Translations under genes and position numbers: made by a program | Shown here: one piece after another, positions 26,542-40,800 of the stretch | How positions within the stretch are numbered: position 1 is the first letter of the stretch | How the letters are laid out: every line of letters starts with the position of its first letter | Assembly: GCF_000150275.1 (NCBI RefSeq) | Contig: NW_002060961.1 | Span: 124,001-188,000, forward strand | DNA: 64,000 bases | Source: Trichoplax adhaerens | Lineage: Eukaryota > Animalia > Placozoa | Reading direction: 5' to 3' | Notes under the pieces: generated by a model | Seen by the model: the letters and a program-made list of their open reading frames with translations, nothing else | What the model was told of the DNA's origin: nothing | The model's database searches: none

Positions 26542-27396
26542 GTAAGCATTCATATGTAGATGGTTTGCTTCTTTCTGCTCGGTATCAGGCAGGCTATAAT
26601 TCTTCTCAATTCTAGTAGTATTTGTATCAGCAGGGATTGGGGTAGTATTCACAGTCATCATTCGATGTGAATCATCCATGGGAGCAACTACAGTAATATA
26701 TATATTTTAATATTTGTAATATGAATTTCTTACTGTAAAATTCCTCTATATTATATTTGCTATGGACACCAGCATATCTTGAATTAAAGTCGATTTAAAC
26801 CACTGTCTTATTTAATGATTTCGATTGTACTGTGGCATACTGTGGTAATATTTGACATAGATTGAAACCATGTAATGAAGCAATGCAGCAATTTCAAATG
26901 CTTCATTGGAGTCATAACGTGAAATGCTGCTATGTTTATTTCAGTTATTATTATTTCTTAATCTATGCTTGTAACACATACGCGTATGTAATTTTGGAAA
27001 TGATAGGCGAACCAAGTATAGTATATGGATATCCTAATAGGGTAGTACTCTTGCATGTTAGCAAAGCATCATAAGGAGATACCTCAATTCGCAAATAGAT
27101 TGGTAAATAGCGACAAGGATAGATATCTCTATTCGTAGAGTAAATTATTCTTTATATCTCTGCAGAATAGTAAGCTTTAACATTAAGAATTGATAAGTAG
27201 TTTTTATCGAGTAACCGCAAAGTGATATACTAAAATTAAAGTCTAGTAAAATCATTGTCTCCCTGATTAAAACTTTCTACATATTCTGCAAGAAAGCCCC
27301 ATAGCAATTGAAATGTCCTTGCAACTGGAGTTCTTACAGTAGTTTACCATCTTGACTTGGACAATCGGACGTTGGGACGACACTGGTCGAAATCAT
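26542..27396 (-). other. Candidate small spliced gene or lncRNA divergent from WDR3
   Basis: TATATAAAA on the - strand at ~27481-27489. ATG exon 27396-27348 ends at G|gtaaac and joins in phase to exon 26687-26542 (acceptor ctgtag, donor gtgagc), giving MISTSVVPTSDCPSQDVAPMDDSHRMMTVNTTPIPADTNTTRIEKNYSLPDTEQKEANHLHMNAY. No homology recognised. Confidence 0.3.
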
Positions 27397-27666
27397 TGAG
27401 CATGTGCTTGCAAGCCTTCATACGGAACTCCCTTGCGTATTCTTCGTACTGTACAGACCGGCTTTGCAAATTGGACAGAGTTTTATATAAGTACTGAGTC
27501 TCGCTTGAGCCCGTGCTATTACGCTTAACTGGCCAGTGTCGATAGGTTTTGCTAAGGATGGCTGCTTAGCTTGCACAGTTAATTAATGAATGTGCTGCAT
27601 GCTCAAGCAAACCGTCATCGAGTGGAGATCTAAGAACAGTTTTAGTAACTTTACATTGCCTTAAGT

Positions 27667-30600
27667 ATGGTCTTAACTAAATCTTACCAACGCTATCAGC
27701 CTGCTGGTGTATTTGGTGTAATTGCTAGTCCTAACGCCAACATCTTAAGCTATCGCGATCAATCCAATGTTATTGTTGCACCAGCTCTGGAAGACGTCTA
27801 CATTTGGGATATTCGATTGGGTCGTAAGGTAGGATCTAGTTAGTAGGCAATGAGATATAATTCATCGATTAGATATTTCATGCTTTGTTCATCAATGATT
27901 TTACTCGTTCTTAGCTAGCGGTATATCATGGAGATCAAAATGCAGAAGTAACCGCTCTTGCAAATAGCTCAAACTGGGTCCACATTGCAGTAGGGTAATT
28001 AATTAACTATCAATATTGTTAGGCCGTATACAGGGAAAAGAGATTAGTCAATGATACAATTGGTTACGTTGACAACGATACCGTAGCAAATTGACCTATT
28101 GCTACAAAAAAAATCATTTGATCATCAGTTGCAAAATAGCAAATATTGAAGGTTACTTATACTTGTTGCAATAACATAGTTGATACTATTCGTCTTTATG
28201 CATATCCAGCTACAATGATGGCACCATTAAATTATGGAATACAAATGATGGCAGCAGCAAAGTCACTTTAAGGTATGCTATGCAAAATGAAGATAGACTA
28301 ATTTTATACAGTAATAATACAACTATAAATATTGCATATAACGATAGCTGCAGCTACGATTATATCTCTTTTCTGACGTACTCGTGTGCGTATTTAGCGG
28401 GCACAAATCTGCTATAACGGTATTAAAGTACGATACGACCAATACAAGGCTGGTTAGTGGCAGCAAGGTAAAATAGATTTTGCTTTCCTATCTAGACTTT
28501 TGTAATCGTATAGCACTTTCAGGGATCGTTAATAAATTAGTAATAATATAGAAATACATACTTACTTGATTCCAAGTATTTTCTCGTATATGGATATTTA
28601 AATGTAAGCATGTAAGGATAAATTCATAATTGGCTTTACTAACAAATCTCAAATATAGGACAGCAATGTTATATTATGGGATGTTGTCAATGAAACAGGA
28701 TTATTCCGTTTAAAAGGTCATAAAGATGCCATTACCCAATGTTGCTTTCTACGGAATGCAAATGTTCTCATTACCAGGTATCACCAAGTTGATATGATTT
28801 ACTACTATCCTTGTATCCACAATAGATCAGTTGAATGTCAAAGCTACTAACTAACATTATCTTTACTTGATATTATAGTTCCAAAGATTCAATGCTTAAA
28901 TTTTGGGACTTAGATACGCAGCATTGCTATCATACTTTACTTGGGCATCGTAGTGAAGTTTGGGATTTTGTTTTGCTTCGTAATCAAACACGTCTGATAT
29001 CTGGATGCAGCGATAGCCAACTCAGAGTATGGGATCTCGTATATAATAAGCACGATCAGACTAAGGTTTGAAATTACCCTTTACTAATCTAATCAATTTA
29101 TCCGAAATTTTGCTGCATATTAATTCTATGTATATGTCACTGCCTAAAGATGCAACATGAAGGGAATCAAGAAAGTAAAAAAGATGAGGAAACCGTGAAT
29201 GGTGCTGTTGCCTGCCAATACAAGGGATCTTTGATGAGGCAGAGTAAAGAGAGACTAATAACAATCTTATCTGATGAAGCAGTACTAGGATGCCTGGTAA
29301 TTGTGATACATTTAGAAGTGATCAATAAAACACTTTTGCAAGCATATGTTTTCTTTCGTGATAATTTCCTATAGGCCGCTGATGCACAACTGGAGATATT
29401 TAGAATTCGTAATGATCAAGAAATCAAAGCGCACGTTAAAAGACGTATGAAAAGGATTGCTAAAAAATCAAAGTAGGTGACAATATATAAATTTTAATCC
29501 CATGTAAATCGATAACTAAAAAGCAACGATATCTCTCCATGATTATTTTTTGCTAGGGATAATGCCGAATCCTCTGAAGTGGTATTTCTTTAATGCTGAT
29601 TTATTAGCACTACTACAATAATTTCCTTACACATATGTAATCGATACTTATTTTTAGACTCTTCTGCAACCGACCTTAGAAGATGAATATTACAGAATAT
29701 ATGCTATCCGCTGTGATGCTAAAATTAGGTTTGTCAAACTGATATGTAACATTTATTATAATATTCGTGAAATTAACGGGTCATTTTACTTCTAGATCGT
29801 TCCTTTTGCTGCCAGATGAAGCAGTAGACAATAGTTTAAAGGTAATCAACTTATACCAACCAATAAATAAATTATCAATTATGCATTATACAGTATATGC
29901 ATTTATCTTGGGGAATAGGTTTTATTATTACTAAATAACAATAGCTTAGAAATTCAACAAATTAATTACGGAGTAAAAGCCATTCAATGCAAGGTTACAA
30001 ATAATTTACATGCTCTTGGCCACAGAACAGTTATAAGGTAAACTCGAAGAAATACCGCTTTTATGTCGTATTAATTAATATACTTATTCCCATTTACCTT
30101 TGGCACGCTAGGTCAGTAGCGTTTAGTGGTGATGGTCGATACGTTGCTTCTGGCGCTTCAGAATCTGTCAAAATCTGGAACAGGTAAAGCAAGTGTCTGA
30201 ATATAATCGATACAAAATAATAGCAGCCTGTTGTATATAGTTCTAATAGCGAGAATTTCGGGCATTTTGTCAATCTAGTTCTAGTCATCAAAGTATACGA
30301 ACATTACCTTCGGGTTACGTTTTAAGTATGTTCTTTGCACCTGGCGATAGGCAAATAATTGTTGGAACAAGGGTAAGCAGGATTTGACAAACTGAATTTA
30401 ATAAGTGTATGAGGTGAGCATTGACTGTATAAGTTTTAATCATCCAACATTAGAGTGGCGAAATACAAATTTTCGATATAGCTTCTGGTTTAATGTTGGA
30501 AACAGTTCAAGCTCATTCCAAGAATGTTTGGTCGATGTGTTTAAATCCTGACAAGGTTGGAACGACAAACATTTCTTTTTAGCAAGCTATTATTTAATTA

Positions 30601-33369
30601 TTAATTCTTTCGCCTTCGATATCATCAGAGGGGTTTCGTTTCTGGTGGAGCCGATCAAAATGTTCAATTTTGGGAATTTGAACTTATCTCCGATGAAAAG
30701 TTTTCCAGTTCTAGGTTATTTTAATCGTCATAGTTATCTCTGTACAACTTTCAAGTAATTGAGATCAAGAAATCTAATATTCCTATTATTTCAATGATGT
30801 TATAGTAAGCGATTGTCCATCACGCTAATCAGAACTTTGCAAATGTCAGAAGATGTTCTGGCCGTGAAGTACAGGTAGTGAATCATCATATGTAGGTCAT
30901 TCTAAGTCTTTATTTAACGATATTTTTATTTGTTCAGCCCTGATCAAAGGCTTTTAGGTGTTGCCCTTTTAGATTGCACTGTTAAGATATTCTATTCGGA
31001 TACCTTAAAGGTAACGTCCCTATAGTTTATTGTGCAATAGAATTATTTAATTAGTAACTCCTTGTTGTCATGTTTTAGTTCTTCCTGTCGCTATATGGCC
31101 ATAAGCTACCCGTCTTGTCTATGGATATATCTTCCGTAAGTGAGACAGGATGATTATTTTGGTGTAGCTGCCTTTCTGTAGTCACTCTTGTCATAGTGAT
31201 CTCATTATACCTAGGATAGCACGTTAATCGCTACTGCATCTAGTGATAAGAACGTCAAATTATGGGGTTTGGATTTTGGTGATTGTCATAAGTCGATCTT
31301 TGCTCATGATGACAGGTACAATATTGTTGCTATCTCTTATATTCGTTCCTTGTATTATTCAGACTGTACTTCTTCTTCTCTTTTCTTTCATTACTAGCAT
31401 AACAACCGTGCAGGTAAATTTTTTGTTGTTTACTGGTTCAGCGCTATCATTCATAAAAAAATTAATAATCAAAGGCCTCTCCTTATCTTATCTAGTTTAT
31501 TCCCCGAACTCACTTGTTTTTTACTGCAAGTAAAGATCAAACCATCAAGTACTGGGATGGTGATAAGTTTGAATATATTACTGCTATGAAGGTCTATCTT
31601 ATTTATACAATTTTATTTTACATTTGGATTCGAAAATAGGAAGAAAATTACATCTTATAGCTTTACTAAAGTGAAATTATCGCATTATTTACGTTGTTAC
31701 AGGGTCACCATGGTGAAATCTGGAGTATAGCAGTTAGTCCAAATGGCAATTTTTTGGTTAGTTACTTCATTATAAGTTATGGATAGAGTTATTGCTAATG
31801 ATTTTACAACGGATAACTTTAAATTTTAACTTATTCAATTGTTTAAATTTAGGTTAGTAGTTCCCACGACCGTTCGCTACGCATGTGGGAGCGTTCCGAT
31901 CAGTTAGTTTTCGTTGAAGAAGAGAGAGAGTTAGAAAGGGAAACAATGTTCGAGGAATCAACATATAATGAATCATCTGATAAAGTGGTAAGAAAATGAA
32001 AAGATGCTGTTGTTATCTATAATATTCTAAGTGTATTAGAATAACAAATATGTATGTCAAAACAGATACCTGGAGAAACATCAACCGAAGTTGCAATGGC
32101 TAGCAAAACAACTATCGAAACTGTAAAATCGGTATATTTATTTGGCTTTATTTATCCGTAGTTTGCAAATCTATTGGTTACAACTGTTATACCAATCTAA
32201 TTTACTGGCCTCTCTATGTAGGCTGAGCGTATTATTGAAGCTATTGATATCTACGAAGAAGAGCTGCGTGAAAGGGAAAATTCTCCAAACGTAGGAAAAA
32301 CCTAAATTCAATTCTAATATCATTCCTTTACTCCTATAGCGCATTAATGTATGATTTCATTATGACCTATATGTATAGCAAAACGGCCCATTTAACCAAA
32401 TTTTAAAAGCTCTTGGAGATATTAAGGTTAGTGTTGCAGAACTAATGACTACATGACTCTATCAGTATTTGCAACGCTTAAAAAACAATGAATTCGATAT
32501 CATTAGGCAGAAACTTACGTTTTGAACACCCTAAAAAAGATTAAATCCAGGTTGGAGGAATTTAGTCAAATTGAACTAATTCGATATGCCATTTACGGCA
32601 CTGATTATAGTTTACCGGGTTTAAGTATGCACCGAATACGGCTGATATATATATCGCACATATTAATATTAAAATAGCGAGTTAGAAGAAGCACTATTGG
32701 TACTACCATTTGGTAAAGTATTGAAGTTCGTGAAATTGACGAATGACTGGATAAAGGTACACAATTTTTGTAAATTATAATCTGTTCCGTTATTAGAATA
32801 AGTTTTGGCGTAGTTAAGTATTTATGTTACCGTATAGTCACCTTGGACAAACGATTTTTCAGTTAAAGATATCGTAATGTTAATTGCAAACCTTCTTTAC
32901 ACCATATAGAATGATCAGGAATTAGAGTTGGTTTGTAGATGTTTAATATTTTTACTAAAGTAAGTTTCTATATCTGTGAACATTTTATATGCTCCGGAAT
33001 TAATTTAATGTTTTATACGTCTGCGATTGTAAATTTAAGAATTTTTTCCACAGAGTTAATCATCCACAGCTTGTTGCTAATAAGGCATTAATGTCAACAT
33101 TGGACCATCTAAAAGATATCACCGTGAAAAAAATATCATCACAGCGAGTAAGTTGTCCGTTTCCTATGGTAATGTTGCATTACTGTACATTGTAACGTCT
33201 ACTTCTCTTCGCTTAGGATTTATTAGGATTTAATTTAGCTGGATTACAACACATTAAGAGAGAAATGGAATCGAATGATATTACCTTCTTTGTCGACAGC
33301 GATAAAAAACTACGAGAAATAAAAAAACGTCGAAAGGTTAAGCGTTACATTCCGCAATTCCGTTCGTAA
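27667..33369 (+). CDS. WDR3: WD repeat-containing protein 3 (Utp12/Dip2, SSU processome), more than 25 short exons
   Basis: First exon 27667-27828 [26 protein letters not shown].... Internal exons give [41 protein letters not shown] and [53 protein letters not shown]. Utp12 domain [11 protein letters not shown]. Last exon 33217-33369 [16 protein letters not shown]...QFRS*. Confidence 0.95.
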
Positions 33370-34539
33370 TATTACGTCCATTCTACACAGCAATTGCTAT
33401 AATAGCGTATTTAAGATGGAAGTATAGGTGTATTTTGTGGATATTGAAATTGTCATATAGAAATTGTATGAAAATTGAAGCACTGAATAATCTCGGATTT
33501 TAGTTATTCGATATTTTATTATCGAACTTTCAACTGGAGAATTTGCCCTCTGCATTTAAATTTAATCAGTGAGATTATGTTTTATCCGTATGACTTTAAT
33601 AAAGGTCTATTATTAATTGATTAAGAAAAAATACCGAGTAACTGAAACGTATTATGTTGATCTTTATAGCTTGAAATATTCTTTGACTATTCGTTTTCTG
33701 CATTTATGGATATACAAGTAGATCGAAAGGAAACAACGATGAACATCGATAGCATATAAAATGAGAAAGATTTTATATTATTTTTAATTCTGCTTCCTTT
33801 GGTTTAATATCGCTAGCTGGCGTCTTGCGTTAAATTAGTTAACTCACAAATAATAATTCATATATAGTGTGTGTTAGAAGAGTGCTAAAGGAAGACGACT
33901 AGACCGTTCAAATACTGCAGTAGATCAACAGTAGTTGATCTGATCTGCATTGCTCTCTCAAATTAGCAGAATATTTCAGGTTCCATGTTCACGTTGCTAG
34001 GTTACTACGTAGGGAAATATATCCTTCAGTAATCTTTGATATTATACGTGCATTCCATAACTTGAAGCGTACGGTCGTATTGAAAAGATAAAGACAAATC
34101 GTTTACCGTATAGTAACTTACAGGAAGTTTTTATTCAATTAGAGGGTTATATTGCAACTTACGAATATTCATAGCGGTAGTTACCCTATCATACGCAATT
34201 GAAAGTCCATATACATTTAACTTGAGAAGAAAAACTTGACTCTAACACAATAATACTCTTAATACTCTACCGTAAATAAAGGCGCAGGAAAAATAATTTG
34301 CAGTGAATGAACGAATTACCACAAAGTCTAATTGGCAAAAGTGAGTAAAACATATATTCAAGATTTATCTCTACATTATCCTAGACGTAAGAAATTGACC
34401 AGTGCTTTAATTCTTGCCTATCACAGCAGTTATCTCGATTACATTTAAAATTTCGAGCTAGGAAAAGGGTGTGATATCATCAAATAAGAAGCAAGATTGA
34501 TATTCATCTTTTAAATCGTATTCCATCAACATCTTAAAT

Positions 34540-35450
34540 GTCTCTCCTCCGTAGTAACAGGGTCTGTCACTCATAATGATAGCAATATCACCCTTAATTT
34601 CCAAGTGCCAGCTTTCTCTACTTTAACTATAGAAGCCATTGCTGGCTTGTTATTAATATAAGCTCAAGGGATAGATTGGGTTTCTTCCTCATTTTTAGGT
34701 AAAGTTACAATCTGATCTTTCAGTAATGGCTTTTTGTGAATCCTTTCCCTCTTTAGATTCTCAGCTATCCAAATCATCAAGATCACAAATAGAAAAATAA
34801 GCTGCCTTGGACAGATCACACTTGTAATAAAGTTGTTACCATTCCATTAAAATTGGATATCATCTCTAACCTTGTAAATTATACTCGTAAACAATTTGAT
34901 AATCTTGACTTTCATAAACAAGAAGGTGATGTTTGGATGGAATAAAAGTGATATCGGATTCACCATCATAAATGTTAATTTTTAATATCATGACTGGCTT
35001 GCCCATCATAAATAATGGCTATCTGCCGCTAAAAGATTCTAGCAATATCACATCCTATGATAGCGACTGCTAATTTAGTAGCATCTCTTCGAGGTTCCAA
35101 AGCATCAATAACATGCTTAGCTTTGCATCGATGTTTATGTTGTGCAGTCTTACTAATCACAGTATGTAATGCTTTAATAGAGCTTGTAACTGCTGATCCA
35201 ACTGGTATAAGAGAACAGCATCTTCGTCTAAACTAATTACAGTATAAAGTGCATCCGCTTTTTTACCAGATTTAGGATCAAATTTTTAGTTCTACTATTT
35301 GAAAGAATGTTTACAACTTGCATATAAATTGTTGGATGAATGCAGTCAGGAATTGTTGAATTTTAGGACCATTAGGACTATCAAATTGCTCTGGCCGATT
35401 AGCCATAGCTTTCTTAACATTTGTTTGAATGGGATAGAATAGTGATGGTT
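34540..35450 (-). pseudogene. Decayed, apparently intronless coding remnant of unknown family
   Basis: Protein-like stretches broken by stops and frameshifts: ...PKIQQFLTAFIQQFICKL*TFFQIVELK / DPKSGKKADALYTVISL / CCSLIPVGSAVTSSIKALHTVISKTAQHKHRCKAKHVIDALEPRRDATKLAVAIIGCDIARIF*RQIAIIYDG (TAG at 35029-35031). Confidence 0.4.
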
Positions 35451-35732
35451 ATTGCCATATGGCACCAGTGGTTGTTATATGTCTTGAAGTTTTAGATTAT
35501 TATTATTGCGTCAATATAATAATCCCACAATAACTAGGCGGGTAGTTCTGAAGTGTAGCAATTTTCTTTATGACTTATCTTTAACATCAAAAAGGTATAT
35601 TAGCTATAGGACAATGATTCTAATAATAAATTAGTATTTCCTTCTTCCAAAAGACTTACTCGGTATTAATTTGAATGTTTATTTTGCAATATTTAAAAAT
35701 AATCAATCATGAGGTAGTTTGTACGCATTATG

Positions 35733-35865
35733 TTTTTAATGTTATGCCTTGAAGAAAGCTACAGCTGGTTAAATTATTTTTTTAAATAGAATATATTCTA
35801 TTTTTTAATGCTATACCTTGAAGTAAGCGAAAACTGACACAATTATATTTGTTAGCATAGAATAT
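35733..35865 (+). repeat. Diverged tandem duplication, ~69-bp period
   Basis: tttttaatgttatgccttgaagaaagctacagctg...aatagaatat (35733-35796) versus tttttaatgctataccttgaagtaagcgaaaactg...catagaatat (35802-35865). Confidence 0.7.
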
Positions 35866-37844
35866 CAGAGCATCCGTTTTATTATTTTTGTGAATAAAAA
35901 GTAAAAAGTATGTAATTAAATCCTAATACAATAACATTTTACTATTTTTTTACATAGTTCAATAAACCTGTACATACAGAATTAGTAGCTATTATGTAGG
36001 TTAACACAAAATCTTTTAGCAGAAAGATAGAACCCTTATTGAGTGTTGTAATTCATATTAGTCTGAAGATAGTTATTGCAGATCATCGAATACTATAGTA
36101 CGTTTATAGTTTACACCGTGAGTATGGAAGACTATAAACACCGGCACCCATTTCTAAGTACCTCTACGATGCAGCTTAATGTACTGTACCATTAATTAAT
36201 AAGACCAACAGCTAATGGAGAGATATTACCTAATGCTAATTCTAGCCATAAAATAACGTTAGATTATTAACTTCTATGTATTGAGTTATTGATACACCTT
36301 TAAGGCTCGTATTGCGAAGAGACAAGTTTTCGAAAAGCATAGATCTAATCAAAACCGGATGTAATTCTCTAAAAATAAATTATCAAGGTCTATATTGGTG
36401 AAGTAATCATTCTTTTATTTACATCTGTCTCATTATTCCCGAAATTGATGACTGTCTAAAAAATATAAGATATTCGACTGTAGTCATCGATTATTTTAAC
36501 GATCGCAAATCAAAATACCGAAGACGACAAGTTCACGAGTGGTTACTTCTGTAATTTTCAGAAGTTTCAAGAATAACTATCCTATAATGGCAAAAGCTTC
36601 CCTTTATGAAGTTTCCATTGGATTTAGTTTTCTGGCTTATTCTTTGTCGGTTGATAAAACGAAGCAGAAAGAAGCATATTGTTACTTTGGTACAATAATC
36701 GCGTTGAATTAAAATAATAGCATCATCGATATATCTTAGTGCATGAAAATTTTATTCCATTTATAATGCAATATATTCGCTTAATAAATATGGCTACTGA
36801 GCCCATTGTTATAAACATGTGTTCATAATTTTTACTCTTCTTTCATCGTCAACTGCGATTGAATGGTATATAAACCTGTTTATTACCTATATCCGTACAA
36901 ATTTGCGTCAACATCTTTGTGTTACCAGATCAACATCTTTCATAAAAAAACAGTTATTTAATTCTCCTAAAGCCAATTAAGAATATTCTTTCCAGTTTCA
37001 TTAAGTCTTAGAAAAGAAAATGTATAGTTTGGTAAACTTTTATTACCTTAATTCTATCATAAAGTTAGCATGACTATATAAAAACAATAACTGTTATAAT
37101 TACACTATGAATTATTTTGGTAACTCCTACTCAAGTAATTACTAAGACCATATTAGCGGTATTTTTTAATAATAGCATGTTGCACATTAAATTTTCGATA
37201 TTTAACACAACAGAAATGTTGATATTACCCTTATCAATAAATATTCAATAAATGCTATCAATGACTCATCTAATGACGATATTTTAAGCTACTTTCTTAA
37301 GAAATAATAAATGTCTTTAATTTACAAAATACAATGGCCATCTGACATATACAAGCTAGGAAGTCTGGTGAAAGAAAAAGTCCATAATAAAATATCATCC
37401 ATCACTTGACAATGTTCTAATTAAATAACTTGAAAATTATGGATAGTATACTAATATAGGATTGAAAGTGATATTGTAGTCCATAGTAACGTGTAGAATC
37501 TAAAATATAAGTGAAGAATATATTAATTCATCAAAAATTTTTATTTAATTTTAGGACAGCTTGCTGGCTAATTTTCATATCTAGAGTTTGTCTATGAATA
37601 ACAATTACAATTGTACAAATGCATGTAAATAATAATCCTGGACTAATTATAATCATTTAACTTATGTATATGTATTATATAAAAATATTTGCTTACTCAC
37701 TCATAATGTACATAAAAATTTAATTTGATTTTTAAATTGAATATATAATCAAGTGCAACTATTTCAAAGAATTAGTATCAGGTTTTCATTTCATTATCAA
37801 TCTGTTAATTTGCGCGTTAGGAATCAAACAACATTTCATTTATC

Positions 37845-40800
37845 ATGCAACTAAGTATGAAAAAATGGATAGCTTTCGTAATTTTTGCCTTTCAGCTACT
37901 ATTTCAAGGTAATAGCAAACTACGTTTGTCCTTTACTAAATTATATTTAGCAATAAAATTTATTTCCTCTAAACTTTAGCACAATTTCTCCTTGAATTAT
38001 TAACATTACATCATATTCATATGAATTCAGTTAATGTAACAGACAAATATACAATTTATTTTTCCAGATGTCAATGCTTTATACTGTGATAATTCAAATC
38101 AGCAGATTCCAGTGGGCCATTTCTGCGATTGTACTGTCCATTGCCGTAATGGAGCTGATGAAGAATCCTGTAGTAAGTATAATTCAGTAATCAAATTTCA
38201 CAAAGATCTCAGTTAGTTTACTTATATCATACTACAGAATTTTAGATATTGAATAGTTAGCAGCAACGATATCACATAATCCAATAATGTACTTAAGAAA
38301 TTTAAATTCGATTGTTGCATCAGTTTCAGCGTAAAATATTAAACTAATATTAAATATGACTATAAAAAAGAATTTTACTAGCTTTATTTTGGAAAAGGTG
38401 TATTCCCAATTAACAGCATGGCAAAATATGCATCAGCAGTTCTATTAAAATGATGCTTTCGAGTTCTCTCTTTATAACGTTTTATTCGAATTAATATTTT
38501 TAAAGGCGAATTATATCATAAGTACATGAATATACTTTTAAATTTTCTGTATTAATTCATAAATGATCACAGCCGCGCAAGATAACAACTCAATTTTATG
38601 TTAAGCAATCATACTGACATATACACTATTTAACACATTGCATAAATTCAAAATTAGATTAGATATATTAGTGTACATTTCTAACTAGCTCGGTTTAGAG
38701 ACGAACCTAAAAGAGTAAATTTTATTATTAATTGCATAGATTCTTCAAAATTTTCACAGCAGGCTTGTTAGAAATCTCAATATTATTTCGAAATAATGAA
38801 AAATTTGTTTTTTAGGGGAAAAGGCAATATACAAATTTGAACTATTATTACGTAATACTGCATTATTATCATGATTGACGGGTACAGGGAAATTGCTACA
38901 TATTATCCAAGATAGCCAATTTATCGCTTCTAGTATCATGTCGACAGGGTCAAAATAATTACTTCCATTGCTAACAAATAAACGCTAAGAACTTTAATGT
39001 TTTCAGTTTTTTGTTATTTCCCGGTATTTTGGGAGTTATTTCGATAAATAAAAGTATATCGTGAATTCATGATATAGCAAAATCAATTATCTTGTGCATG
39101 ATAATTAGCTTAGCTAGAATTACATTTTATTAATTATTAATTGAGATAAAGCCATTAATCCTAACTAATCCTTTATTATGTACTTTTTTAAAAATCAACT
39201 TGTCTGTAAGCCAATATTCTACTGGCATATTATTAGAAAGGACTGTATTAGCTAAGGCAGAGTTAACATATATACATGAGTAACTTTAATTACTCTAATA
39301 GTGTTACTAATTCTATGCAAATATCTGATTTATCAACAACTTCAGTCCCATTGGATATTTCAGTGGTCAATAGAAGCATGCCAAATTGCATCAAGACCAA
39401 CTGTACCTCTAATTATGTTATTGAATATAGAAGCGGTTTGTTTGAAACTTGAATACAACAAAATGTATCTGTATATGTTGGTGAAGATTTAAAATGGAAT
39501 TGCTTTTAATCTTACGTACAGAATGTAAGACGCTATCTTGTGCAAACTGGAAAAATCTTCAATCCACACCTTCAACTTCAAATAAACAACAATGCGGTAA
39601 GTTTATTTTACCAGTGATAATTATACAACCTCTCAACTTAAGTTTGTTTCTTCTGCTCTTATGGTGAGGAAAAAGTAAAGTATAATGGAATTTGTTTGCT
39701 ACCTTCTTGTATAGCTCTGTCTAATATCTTCTAGAACTGTATTACATTTATGAGTTATAAACCCTCAGACATAATCTCCATAATCTTTACAAACTCTAAT
39801 AGTTCGATTGCTAAGCATATTCTTAAGTCTCCATATTCAACTTATATATGAGCTAAGAATTCAGTCAAACATTACTGTCATTATACCATAGAGATCAATG
39901 GCTGATTAAGCCGGAGGCTTAAGGTTATCTTATTGTTTTACGGCTTGCTATCAAAACTATTTCAGTAGGTGAATTATTATACAACAAGTTCATGGAGTAG
40001 CTTGATATCAGTTTTCTTATATCAGCATTGATCACCACAACGAATGGAATAGTGTAGTGAAATCACATTAGCTAATTACAAGCCCTACCAATGATGAGAG
40101 AATATACATTTCTACGCTTGAAATTCTCGTTTTTTTCTCATTTTTCTCATTCGTGAAGGTAACTTGTGTTGCCATCTATGACTATGGATCTAATATTAGA
40201 ATAATGCTCTATACAGCTATACCACTAATTAATCATCAGAGCCATACTTGTAATCTATGATACTACTTTTGATTAATTGATATTTTCTCTTTATATATAT
40301 ACGTAACATGCTGTTAAGACAAAATAAGTATGCCATGTATGGAGAAATGCGATTGTAGTCCTACACAAATGGAATGTTATCAAAAGCAATTACATCATGT
40401 TTTACAGGGAATGATTTGGCCCTATCCGTCGATGTAAGCTTGTAACAAATATGATAGCAATTAGTAAAGAATATTTATCATTGTCAACCTGGTCGTCACA
40501 ATTATTCAGCTTTATCAGATATTCTGTATTCAAAGCCAAAAATTAATTTCTGTTCTTTATATGTATGTTTACAGTATATACGATAGTCTAATGCAATATT
40601 AGACATTTACAGCATCTATGTTTATTGCTAAAATTTAGATACGACTAAATATCAATTCAAAAAAATCATGTCATATATTTGACATGATAAGATTCAAACG
40701 ATGCTCAGGCTAATGTCTCAAAATTATTTCATTTATGGCATATTTTTACAGAGTTTTAGCAAGTAATATATTTATGACCTTTCCAATCGATACTACACTC

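Noticed and set aside
26584-26661. Minus-strand ATGATGA...CTGA...CTGA spacing (~77 nt) resembling a C/D box snoRNA
   Set aside because: No convincing terminal stem or verifiable rRNA complement, and it overlaps the putative coding exon of the candidate small gene.
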